A stretch of 64,000 bases of DNA, from NCBI GenBank assembly GCA_964035545.1, contig OZ037765.1, positions 33,169,504 to 33,233,503 of the forward strand, in the 5' to 3' direction. The notes beneath the pieces were generated by a model, which was not told the origin of the DNA, made no database searches, and saw nothing but the letters and a program-made list of their open reading frames with translations. Source of the DNA: Bugula neritina (lineage: Eukaryota; Animalia; Bryozoa). Position 1 is the stretch's first letter. Every line of letters begins with the position of its first letter. Shown here one piece after another: positions 1 to 12,035 of this stretch. Position numbers and translations under genes: made by a program.

Positions 1-1409
1 AACCTATCAGAAAAAGTTCCACATTTACTATTACAATTATCTTCCCTTTTCTCCTCAGCTAAGAGCATGGATTACGGCTGGAAAACCGAGAGAGAAGGAA
101 AACTCGTTTCTAATCCCTTGGTGGGTGGAGTTACTCTATCAATATGTGAGGGGAATACTTCACAGTGTGCCTCTACAATGTCTAAACATGTGTACCACTG
201 CAACTGTGAGGCTATCAACCCTCTACCCAGTGCAGTGGCTGACGAAGGGTTGGGAAGCATAAAGTTTAATTACTAGCAACAGCAATTAACTGGAGAATGT
301 AACAAACCATTCACCCATGAATATTAGCCCATATCTACTAGCTGGCTGAGTTAGCCATATCAAGTAATATTAATGTAAAGATAACAACACTACAGCCCTG
401 TTACTTAGCGATGAAGTGATCAACTCTATCAACATGGTGGGTGAAAGCAAACAGAAATAGGCAAACCTTAGCTACAGGCTGTCTGCATGTAATATTTACA
501 CACCATTTCATTCTAATAATACGTGTATTGCCTGCAGATAAGGGAGAGTTTACGCTGCGTGGGGGGAGGGGGGGTTATGGATGAAATCACTGCGGGCAGA
601 TTCGGAGTTTTGGCCCCAATAATCCTTCCTTGTAGTAACAATCTCTATGAAGTGCTAAATAGTCTACTAGTGACAGCATCACTGGTTTCCATCAGCAACT
701 ACTCACAGAAACTTTCAGTATTTACTTGTAGTGTTTTCATTAACAGATTTACTTTAGTAAAGCCATTCATAGTAACAAGTGAAGTGGAGCATTAAACAAT
801 GCATTCCATGTCCACCTACGTCACTCCATATACAGTATAATATACTAGTTATACGCTGTTATACAGTATATACCAGTTACACTGTATATTATACAGAGTT
901 ATACAGTATATTATACAGAGCTATAAGGTATATACAGAGGGTTACACAGCGCTATGAAGTGTTACACTGTATAGGCTAAGTAACCCACTCAGCTGTAAAG
1001 TAAACAAAGATCATCTCCGGAAGTAACACAGGCTAATCAATGCATTCCAATGGGTACTTTACACACAGAATATTATACACAGTATCTCTCTAGTACACAC
1101 AGTATAGTACACACAGTATAGTATACACAGTGAGTGGATCACACACAGCTTACTGTAAACACTCCTCACTCATTCACATATCCAAGTACATTACACAATA
1201 CTACACTTTAGGATATTAGTGCATGTAACAGCACGTCATGCTGCCCTAGCAGTGTCTGCTGTCAATAATTATTCAAATGACACCCGAGTAGGCGTGTCTC
1301 ACATAGCTTGAGATGACCTTGAAGGTCAACTAAGCAAGTAGATTATTCCGAAGCAGGGAGTGGGAGTAGATATAAATATATGAGTCATGATACAGAGCCT
1401 TGTCTGTGT

Positions 1410-1645
1410 ATTACTATATAACTACTATATGATATGAGTAGGCCTATATACTACTATATGATATGAGTATATATTACTATATGATATGAGTACATATTAC
1501 TATATGATATGAGTATATATTACTATATGATATGAGTATATATTACTATATAATATGAGTACATATTACTATATGACATGAGTACATATTACTATATGAT
1601 ATGTGTATATATTACTATATGATATGTGTATATATTACTATATGA
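1410..1645. repeat. ~23-bp minisatellite (TATTACTATATGATATGAGTATA)n, about 9-10 copies
   Basis: Tandem units read directly; intronic, near the donor of the 1697-1780 exon. Confidence 0.85.
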
Positions 1646-1696
1646 CGTGATGTAGTATACTGTCTATAGCTATAGCCTTAGACCCAAGGGACTTAC

Positions 1697-4600
1697 CATC
1701 AAACACATGCACCGGGTAGTTGCAGAGAAGGCCCCCATCTATATACACATTGGTCCCTTGTCTCACAGGCTGGAAGTATCCTACAAACAACCGACACAAT
1801 GTCCAGTATGTGAGGAGACATCTTATAAGGGGAGCTATAGCAGAGCCCCCTAATATGCTAGTTTTGTGTGGATACCAAGTCTATGCTTACCAAGCAGTTA
1901 TACTATAGCTATAGGGAAGGAATAGTGAAGGTTATACACTATAATATAATATTTAGTTAAGATTATCTTTTCTAAAACAACATTTCAAACATGTATATAC
2001 TAATCACTACCTGTAGCAGCAGCTTGTGCAGGTAAGTAAACAATGCACAGAGATTGTTACTGATTTATGTCAGCTGAATGAAAATGTAGCTGTCAAATTA
2101 AAATGTCAAGTTAGTGCTAACGGTGAGGTAAAGTGAATAGACCATGTAAAACTCAGCCAATCAGCGAAGTGTACCAGGTCAATGTCTTACCATTGTAACT
2201 GATATAAAATTCTGCAAGTTCAATTGCAAAATGCATGCTTCTAAAAGCTAGTTGTGCAACTTTTTTTTCATGCATTATTTAATTTCATATCTTAAATTGA
2301 TGACTCTTGAAATGATTTTTTAAAATGTCTAAATTAAGTGTTTATAAAACGCAATTAAAAATTGCATGTCTAGAAAAATGACCTGGTACACTTTTGCAAC
2401 TTAAGGCCAATTATTACATAACTGCCAGCTTAGTAGTTATTTGTTGTTGCAGCTTGAATGGGTTATTGTTTAGCATTGGAAGCTTGCAGTAAACATCTGT
2501 GAATTTCGTACATGACTTTGATTGGCTGGCTTTTGAATGGCCCTTTAGTATATGCATCTGGATGGCTGGGTAGTGTGGACTCCGCCTACATCTAGCTAAT
2601 GTACAGTAGCCAATCCACAGTAGTATTACAAAATTTCTGTTTAACAAATGAAATATTCTGGTCATTTGTTTTGTACTTTACAATAGTAAATATTCTATTC
2701 AACTAGAATTTTATTGTATGTAAGCCATGGGAACTACTAAGAGGTTAAATCAACCACCCATGCTGGTAATATTGTTGCTCGCAGTAATAGCAAGTCCACA
2801 CCGTATAAATATACACATAAGCTAGTATGTGCAGCTTATGAATGCTGAAATGACCCCATTTCTTACTTTCAACTTGAAAAAAATTGTATTACATATTCTG
2901 CCACTTCTGCACCAGGAACTTGTTTTCCTTTTAAATTTTGAAAATAGTAGTCAGTTTCTATAGCAGTCAACATCCACAACGTAAGCTTTCAAATAAACTA
3001 TAAATATATGGTAGCATATTGGCTTTGAAAGCTCAGAGGGATGTTCAGCTTTTCTCTTGGTGGAAAATATATTAGATTGTTCAGTTCTCTCGCTAAAATA
3101 TCTAATGCGTTTTTGAAGGTTTTGCTTGCTAGCAATCTAGAAATGTAAAAAAGGCCAGCAAGTATTTGAAACTGTAAACCTTGACGCAGCTTCATCAAAG
3201 CCAATAAAAGTTTATCTTGTCTTGTTAACTTTTTTCGGAGAGTAAGAACTTTCATCTTCGGACATATAAATCTAAATATCGTAAATAAAGAAAGAAAATT
3301 AAATTATGATTCAAATTATAATGTATGTGCTAAATAAATTTTGTGCTTAGTTTGTATTCATTCAGCAGTTTTTACCCTCTGGTAAATAGCTTCAGTTATA
3401 TTTTGCAAGAACTATGAAGTTTAAGAACTGCTAGCTGAAGGCTTGACCCAATATATCACCATCCAAACAGAATGTAATGTGTGTCAACATGTGTTACATA
3501 ATACTGTAACAGTACATAATAAGCTAGTTGTATGAATTCATGCTTTGAATGAAGTCATGAGTTTAAACAAATACTGTGGACAAACAATTATTACTTCATT
3601 TTATAATTATACTATAACTAATTCAAATCCATATTATTTCTAGAATAGCATTTAATAATGTTTGTGAATAAGTGAAACTAGTAACAAGTGTAAACCATTT
3701 TAGTTTTAAACACTGAGTTAGTTTCAGCTAAAAATTAGATTAGGAGGCCACTTTTGATAAGCTTTAAAATAACCAAGGAAAATTTAAGTTAAAACAATTT
3801 ACTTTTCCTTGAGAAAGTGAGTCAATTTGTCCACAAATAAAATACTGCTGCTTGTTTAAATAAAACCCTAAACTAAATAAGTCAAAGCATACAGATGACC
3901 ACTGTGGTATTTATGAATATCTTACATAAAACAACATCGTTAATAAAAAATGTATGAATGATGTACTCACACTGCAACAAATTTAATTAAAATGACAGTT
4001 TTACTACACATCAAATTTAATCAATGTAGAAATTTTAGCATAGTGAGACTTGCATTGTTTATTTGTAATAAACCATAGTCTATCTTTGCAATAAGAAAAT
4101 CATAATTTTCACCTTGCTAAAAAATAGTATAGAGAACGTGTAGGTATTCCAGTATAGAATTTAGTTTGCTCATCTGTAGTGGTGAAAGTTTTAAAAACTT
4201 TTACTTTTTCAATAGTTGCTTTTTGTTTAAACGTGGAACTTTTTGAGCCTTTTCTTCCAACTTTTGATTTTCGTCTATCAATAGAATGTGCAGATCTTTT
4301 TTTCTGAGTAGTTGATGATTCTGGTAACTCAGTTACTTCTGATGAAGTCTGACTATGAGGATGGCTGTCAGATGAGTTCTGTTGCTCTATATCAGCTGAC
4401 TCTGTTGATAACGTTTTCTGTTCGCTTCCTTCACATGTTTCATAAAAACCACTGTTTTTTGTTCGTCTTACATTATATGCTTTAGTGCATTGGTAACCCG
4501 AATGAAAGGTTGGAGTTGGATTTTGCTCAGTGGGCTGACCATCTTTATGATTATGATAGTCTGCTATGCTCTCTGTAATCTACAGCCACCATTGGTGACT

Positions 4601-7600
4601 GATGAAATTTAGAATTTGAAGTAAAAATGTGTTATTTTTACCTGTGCCATTTTATAGAAATCTATATCTAGCTTTTATAATATAATATTCTTGTAATTTT
4701 TCATCATAGCAAGAACTAAATTACATTGTTTCCACACTAATATTTCATATATTTATAGTTTATTTGAAAGCTTACGTTGTGGATGTTGACTGCTATAGAA
4801 ACTGACTACTATTTTCAAAATTTAAAAGGAAAACAAGTTCCTGGTGCAGAAGTGGCAGAATATGTAATACAATTTTTTTCAAGTTGAAAGTAAGAAATGG
4901 GGTCATTTCAGCATTCATAAGCTGCACATACTAGCTTATGTGTATATTTATACGGTGTGGACTTGCTATTACTGCGAGCAACAATATTACCAGCATGGGT
5001 GGTTGATTTAACCTCTTAGTAGTTCCCATGGCTTACATACAATAAAATTCTAGTTGAATAGAATATTTACTATTGTAAAGTACAAAACAAATGACCAGAA
5101 TATTTCATTTGTTAAACAGAAATTTTGTAATACTACTGTGGATTGGCTACTGTACATTAGCTAGATGTAGGCGGAATCCACACTACCCAGCCATCCAGAT
5201 GCATATACTAAAGGGCCATTCAAAAGCCAGCCAATCAAAGTCATGTACGAAATTCACAGATGTTTACTGCAAGCTTCCAATGCTAAACAATAACCCATTC
5301 AAGCTGCAACAACAAATAACTACTAAGCTGGCAGTTATGTAATAATTGGCCTTAAGTTGCAAAAGTGTACCAGGTCATTTTTCTAGACATGCAATTTTTA
5401 ATTGCGTTTTATAAACACTTAATTTAGACATTTTAAAAAATCATTTCAAGAGTCATCAATTTAAGATATGAAATTAAATAATGCATGAAAAAAAAGTTGC
5501 ACAACTAGCTTTTAGAAGCATGCATTTTGCAATTGAACTTGCAGAATTTTATATCAGTTACAATGGTAAGACATTGACCTGGTACACTTCGCTGATTGGC
5601 TGAGTTTTACATGGTCTATTGATTAGCAAACACAGAGTAGTGATGGAGGTTAAGTCATTGTGTACATAGAACTGTCTATTGTTCCAACAACTATGGGTTT
5701 TGTGGTCAGAAAAGTTGAATAAGATAGAAAGTAGAGGTGAAGTGGAACACTAACACTAATACAGCTACTAGTCACAATGGGTGATTCTAATTGATTTGTA
5801 TATCCTTTGGATCTTATGACACTCAATATAATTATTATGTTGAAATTAAGTTCTGTACAATTAGTCCATTCACTGATCACCAGAAAGGTGAATATCCTGA
5901 TATGGCAGTGAGATGGAGCTGGGAATGCAAATATTATATTACATATTACTATATGATACATAATATAATATTAAATGTAATATGATACCAGAGTATACAA
6001 TGTAATATTATATAATATTACATTGTACTCTACTACTCTGTACTCTACTACTCTGTACTCTACTACTCTGTACTCTACTACTCTGTACTCTACTACTCTG
6101 TACTCTACTACTCTGTACTCTACTACTCTGTACTCTACTACTCTGTACTCTACTACTCTATACTCTACTACACTGTTACTTGATTAAACTAGTTTGTTAT
6201 GTTTTGTTCATCTCGTGACATAGTACTCTTAGAATGACTGAAAAACAACACATCCAGGGTTGAGTAGAGAGAACTGAGTACAAGTTGAGTGCAGAAAGCT
6301 GGTTGGCTGATGAGACGGTTACCTGGCAACGAGGAGGACATCCGGGCGGCGAGTTTGATAGGCATGTGAGGGGAGGTCTTGGGGTGGAAGTATTCCTCGC
6401 ACCTGTTGCTAAGATTCACGGCCACGATACACAGCTCTACTCCGTACTGGTCGAGTACCTGTGGAATACAGAGTCAGCTGTGAGTCAGCTGTGAGTCAGC
6501 AGCACAGGCAGCACCTGTGTCAGCGTGAGTCTCTGATGCTGGAATAAACTAGTATTGACAAAGTTGTTTGTGAAATACCAGCATTTTAACATTAAATTAT
6601 AATCACTCGTAGGAAAATTTACGTTGTTTATCAATGCAGGTTCGCAGTAAATAAAATGAGTGGCTAAGTTCCGCAAATTAAACCTTCAAGTTGCTTCAAA
6701 TACGTCATAACTTTAATGATGAGTCCCCCATATAATATTCAGTTGGTTACTCCAATCACATGTGATAAAAGACGAGTGGAGTATGACAGTGTGGCGATAC
6801 AGCAACAAGTCTAGCTAAGGTGATACCAGGCAAAACCAAACCAACTGAGCAATATCAAGCAAACATAGTGCTGGAAAATTCCTCTAAAAACTTTCAAGAA
6901 TTTAATACAGATTTTCAAATATTTTACTGATACTTTAACCCATAAATATCAGTATTGGAGAGTAGCGAGGGGTAGTGAGGGGTGGAGAGGGGTAATGAGG
7001 AGTGGAGAGAGGTAGTGAAGGGGTAGTCAGGGGTAGTGAAGGGTACACAGTTAGAAGGGTACACAGTTAGAAGGGTACCGAGGTAGCAGATTGATGTTAT
7101 CAGGCTGCGAGAAGAGATGGGTGGAGTGGGTAGTCTGACGTGGTGGACACACAACAATGTTATCTACTAGAGATAAGTAGAGGACTGGAGATGGTGAATT
7201 AGTGTAAACAGGGTTTAAGTAGTTAGACTGAGGGTTTACAGGAGAAAGGGGGGCCTACAGTGTAACCCTATCAGTTTATCACACTCAGTATAACTACCAG
7301 TAAAGTTAACTTCCTGTAACCTAGTATTAGTCAGTCATTGAGGATAAATAGATACTGTATGTAATCTAGGTACTCCAACTATACTGTATATAGTATAATA
7401 CTATACCGTATAGTATACTGTACATAGTATGATACTATACCGTATAGTATACTGTACATAGTATAATACTATACCGCATAGTATACTGTACATAGTATGA
7501 TACTATACCGTATAGTATACTGTACATAGTGTGATACTATACTGTATAGTATACTGTACATAGTATGATACTATACCGTATAAGATATACTATACATAGT

Positions 7601-10600
7601 ATAATACTATACCGTATAATATATACTATACACTTCAGTGTATGCTGACCTCACTGACCCTGAGAGACAGCGGCAGCACCCACCTCCTGGAATGTGATGT
7701 CAGGGTTTCTGGTCTTCACAGCAAGACATTCCCCGAACCACTTGGTGGCCCGGTCACCCGGGTTCCAGCCGTAGTGTCTGAACATGTTGGGCAGGAGACT
7801 GAGTAGACCACATGTGCCGTCTGAATCATAGCATAGGAGATAACTAAGAGTAGTAGTGAGTAGTTAGAGTACTGAGTAGTTAGAGTACTGAGTAGTTAGA
7901 GTACTGAGTAGTTAGAGTGATACTGAGTAGTTAGAGTGATACTGAGTAGTTAGAGTAGTACTGAGTAGTTAGAGTACTGAGTAGTTAGAGTACTGAGTAG
8001 TTAGAGTACTGAGTAGTTAGAGTAGTGAGTAGTTAGAGTACTGAGTAGTTAGAGTACTGAGTAGTTAGAGTACTGAGTGTTTAGAGTACTGAGTAGTTAG
8101 AGTACTAAGTAGTTAGAGTAGTACTGAGTAGTTAGAGTACTGAGTAGTTAGAGTACTGAGTAGTTAGAGTACTGAGTAGTTAGAGTAGTGAGTAGTTAGA
8201 GTACTGAGTAGTTAGAGTACTGAGTAGTTAGAGTAGCAGTCTAGGTAAAGAGCATTTTCACACACAAACTCCTAGAAGGCATTTCTCAATAATCAATACT
8301 TTAAGGGTTGTAAGATAATCTTAATTTGTTAGAATGTAGCCGCAGACATGATTACGTAAGTCACTTTGATCTGAGTCAGTCAGTTATTGCTGATTCAATA
8401 TAACAACTTCGTGTATTAACTGTCATATAATAGATAGTATATGCAAACCTTTCTAATTCTGGTATAACAGTAGTAGCTAGTACTAACAGTATAGTAACTA
8501 GTACTACAGTATAGTAACTAGTACCACAGTATAGTAGCTAGTACTACAGTATAGTATTACAGTATAGTATTACAGTATATTATTACAGTATAGTATTACA
8601 GTATAGTATTACAGTATAATATTACAGTATAGTATTACAGTATAGTATTACAGTATAATATTACAGTATAGTATTACGGTATAGTATTACGGTATAGTAT
8701 TACGGTATAGTATTACAGTATAGTACTACAGTATAGTATTACAGTATAGTATTACAGTGTAGTATTACAGTATAGTACTACAGTATAGTATTACAGTATA
8801 GTATTACAGTATAGTATTACAGTATAGTATTACAGTATAGTATTACAGTATAGTATTACAGTATAGTATTACAGTATAGTATTACAGTATAGTATTACAG
8901 TATAGTATTACAGTATAGTATTACAGTATAGTACTACAGTATAGTATTACAGTATAGTATTACAGTATAGTATTACAGTATAGTATTACAGTACAGTATT
9001 ACAGTACAGTATTACAGTACACTATTACAGTACAGTATTACAGTATAGTGTTACAGTATAGTATTACTGAATACCTTTAACATTATACTCGACGTCATAC
9101 TCATATAGGATGTGGATTTCCTCTGAAGTGTAACCCACAGCAAGTAGACCTGCAGTTATGGCCCCTGCACTGGTGCCAGCCAACCGCTTTGGTTTAATCC
9201 CTGCTTCTTCTAGGCACTGCAAGAATACTTCAGTGTTATGTGACGTCATACTTTGTAATATAGTGTAATATAGTAATATATGACGTCATACTTTGTAATA
9301 TAGTGTAATATAGTAATATATGACGTCATACTTTGTAATATAGTGTAATATAGTAATATATGACGTCATACTTTGTAATATAGTGTTATATAGCAATATC
9401 ACAAGCCAACAATGTATGTATAGGGCTTTGTCTCATTAAATTGATTTCATAAGATAATACATCTATAAGTTTGAATGGAATAAACTATAAAGGATAATAT
9501 TTGAGTTACTCAAGTAACCAAAATGTAGAATATAGATAGTACATAGCATAGAATATAGATAGTACATATTATAGAATATAGATAGTACATATTATAGAAT
9601 ATAGATAGTACATAGTATAGAATATAAATAGTACATATTATAGAATATAGATAGTACATATTATAGAATATAGATAGTATATAGTATAGAATATAGATAG
9701 TACATATTATAGAATATAGATAGTACATATTATAGAATATAGATAGTACATAGTATAGAATATAGATAGTACATATTATAGAATATAGATAGTACATATT
9801 ATAGAATATAGATAGTACATAGTATAGAATATAAATAGTAAAGAGGAAGTGAAAGGTCAAAGTTCAGGAATGTAGCAAAAACAGGAGTTGATTAACTAAA
9901 GGAGTTAAAAGTATGAAGAGAGGAGAAAATAAAGCAGTTTAATGTCACTTTAGAGAATTGAGTCAAAGATAGAATGCATTAAAATGTCAACTTTTCAACA
10001 AAATTCTAGGAATTCATAGAACAAGGAACTAAAGGCTGAAATACAACACTCGTCTCTGTTCATCTTTATGCCCAACATTGCTTTCCTAACTCCACAGTAC
10101 TTGATATAACAGAAATAGGCCTACTGTGAATAGACCAGGTTAACAAATCAATAGTACTTCAAAAGCTCCAATTAACTGATTCTATATGATAAAAGGAAAT
10201 TAAGCCAAACTTATAGCATGTAGCGGAGAGAAAATAATTGTGTGCCATTTGAAGGTGATGGCCTGGAGGTTTGCCACCTTTGGTGTATTCAGATTAAAGG
10301 CATTTCAGGACAAAACTAACTCAACAGAAATAAACACGAGGAAACAATCAATTCACACAATCTCACCTTGATAGCTCCAATGTAGGTGTGTACTTTAGCT
10401 CCACCCCCTTCAAACACCAGATTCTCAAACGGGTAGTTGAAGTTCCAGAAGTCGATGTCATCCAGACAGTGCTGGGAGGAGTTCTTCTGCAAGTGTTTAA
10501 CCAGATCCATGTGAGCTGTCTGCGACGCGGAGTTGATCAGCGCTTTGGACCCGGAAACCGTGCTCCTCTTCTTAGTCTTCATGCTGGGCAGTCGAATCTG

Positions 10601-11188
10601 CTCTTGGTCATCTGTCTTTCGTTTATTCCTCTTTTTACTAATCTTCTTAGCTAAGAAAGAATCACTTTTGACATGACGCATGGAGGACGTTAGTCTATCC
10701 AGATTTCTCGCCCAAGTGCGTTTCCGCTTGTCGTTACTTTCGACGTTGGCATTTCGCCGATTTATGAAGGCCATAAATCGCTCTTTGGCATTGTGGGTAG
10801 TCCTTCGCTTGCTGACAGAATCAGCCGAAGATTTGTTTTTACCAAACTTCATTTCAAACCTTTCGAATATACTCAGGTACTTCCTTCTCATCTGTAGGGG
10901 CTCTTCGTCCACTTCGGCCTCGGTCGCTTTGTTTTGATTGAGTGAAGACAGGGCCTGGAAGATGCGCCGCAGTCTGTCCAAGTTGATGGAGTAATGAGGG
11001 GAAGGCGGCGTCACCACCGGGTCAGCTACTCCTGGTGCTGCCACAATGTTATTCACATCTGACGGAGGATCGTCCTGAGTACCGCTGACGGAAGCCATGT
11101 CTGTGGACAGGGACTCGGGGCTGGCTTCTTCAGGTGGGCCGGAGTTACCCATGAGAAGAGAGAACAGCTTCATTCTGTAAGGTGCCAT
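1697..11188 (-). CDS. Patatin-like phospholipase (ExoU/VipD/RssA-like subgroup), multi-exon, 3' end not found in window
   Basis: GT-AG exons with matching phases: 10367-11188 (..FENLVFEGGGAKVHTYIGAIK), 9075-9216 (CLEEAGIKPKRLAGTSAGAITAGLLAVGY..), 7684-7820 (..FRHYGWNPGDRATKWFGECLAVKTRNPDITFQE), 6323-6458 (..LCIVAVNLSNRCEEYFHPKTSPHMPIKLAARMSSSLPG), 1697-1780 (YFQPVRQGTNVYIDGGLLCNYPVHVFD). The oxyanion GGG, nucleophile GTSAG and catalytic DGG motifs are all present. Confidence 0.92.
2137..5619. mobile_element. Non-autonomous PIF/Harbinger (ISL2EU-like) DNA transposon with 874-bp terminal inverted repeats
   Basis: 2137-3010 is the reverse complement of 4746-5619 (begins ATAGACCATGTAAAACTCAGCC, ends GGCTGAGTTTTACATGGTCTAT; one mismatch noticed at 2580). 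Flanked by TGA at 2134-2136 and 5620-5622, a candidate 3-bp TNA target-site duplication. The internal region carries transposase remnants. Confidence 0.85.
3011..4550 (-). pseudogene. Decayed THAP + helix-turn-helix (DDE_Tnp_4-associated) transposase fragment
   Basis: Minus-strand pieces: KDGQPTEQNPTPTFHSGY (~4495-4548, THAP C-terminal signature), TTDEQTKFYTGIPT (~4145-4185), and LTRQDKLLLALMKLRQGLQFQILAGLFYIS..IYFPPRE..PLSFQSQY (2998-3255, HTH_Tnp_4-like). The pieces are interrupted and no DDE core was recognised. Confidence 0.75.
6023..6172. repeat. 15-bp tandem repeat (CTGTACTCTACTACT)n, about 10 copies
   Basis: Read directly. Confidence 0.9.
7380..7630. repeat. ~34-bp minisatellite (TAGTATACTGTACATAGTATGATACTATACCGTA)n, about 7 copies
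   Basis: Read directly; lies just beyond the donor of exon 7684-7820. Confidence 0.85.
7855..8235. repeat. 16-bp minisatellite (GAGTAGTTAGAGTACT)n, over 20 copies
   Basis: Read directly. Confidence 0.9.
8475..9066. repeat. 13-bp minisatellite (TATTACAGTATAG)n, about 40 copies
   Basis: Read directly; abuts the donor at 9073-9074. Confidence 0.9.
9238..9390. repeat. 40-bp tandem repeat (TGACGTCATACTTTGTAATATAGTGTAATATAGTAATATA), about 3.7 copies
   Basis: Read directly; each unit contains a perfect TGACGTCA palindrome. Confidence 0.9.
9525..9840. repeat. 23-bp minisatellite (ATAGAATATAGATAGTACATATT)n, about 13 copies
   Basis: Read directly; explains the spurious ORF 9510-9860. Confidence 0.9.
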
Positions 11189-11993
11189 CGCCGCTTATCC
11201 TTCTAGAATAATCCGAGAAACATGCTCTTAGAGAGTGCAGAAGAAAGTAAAATATAATATACCATGCTTTTTTGAAAGAAAGCTTGAATACAGAAAAGTT
11301 CGCCACAATTTCGGTCAATATTGAATTAATCTATCAGCCAGTAGCCTCAACTCATCTTGAGACTCTTAGCCTATCTTGTCTATATAGTAACCTACTAATA
11401 CTTGATTATTTCTCACTGCCAATAATCACATCTAATATTAACACATCTCACATATAAAATCAATAAATTACCTCCCATAACAAGATTATGATAATTACAA
11501 ACCTTAATATAGCACACCTGTGAATATGACAGATTATATTTTCAATATAGCAATAAGATATGGCATATGACACTTCAATACCACAAACATTTGCACTATA
11601 GTATTGAGTTTGTACAGAATTACCTATTGTAAATAATTATATAACACACATGAGTAAATTTCTATTATCTTGTTTTACTTGGAATGTGCTGTCACAGCAG
11701 ACTAAGCATTTTATGTATTTCTTTATTATAAATTAATCATAAGAATAAAATCTAAGTTTCCAATGATCAAAAATTACTAATGCGATAAAGTTAGACACAC
11801 CAGAATGAGCAATTATGATGCATAATAGGAAGTTTTTTCCTACAACTAAGGCATACTTATAACATATTTATGAATGAGATCATTGTTTTCATAGTCAGGC
11901 ATATGATTATAGTCTCTGCTGCTGAAACATTTAGCCCAGTCACTCATACTAACATTCACTTTAATTTTCAGCAATAATAAAAGTAAATAAATA

Positions 11994-12035
11994 AAAGTCA
12001 CACTAAATTATATATCAATAATTTAGTGTGACTTT
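11994..12035. repeat. Perfect 18-bp inverted repeat with a 6-nt loop
   Basis: AAAGTCACACTAAATTAT-atatca-ATAATTTAGTGTGACTTT. Confidence 0.85.

Noticed and set aside
1-1400. Further patatin exons or small ORFs at 67-979
   Set aside because: No spliceable segment continuing the patatin sequence could be identified; the gene may continue beyond the window.
2414-5342. Twin 83-aa ORFs at 2414-2665 (-) and 5091-5342 (+) as duplicated genes
   Set aside because: They are the mirror images of the transposon arms; no recognisable protein motif.
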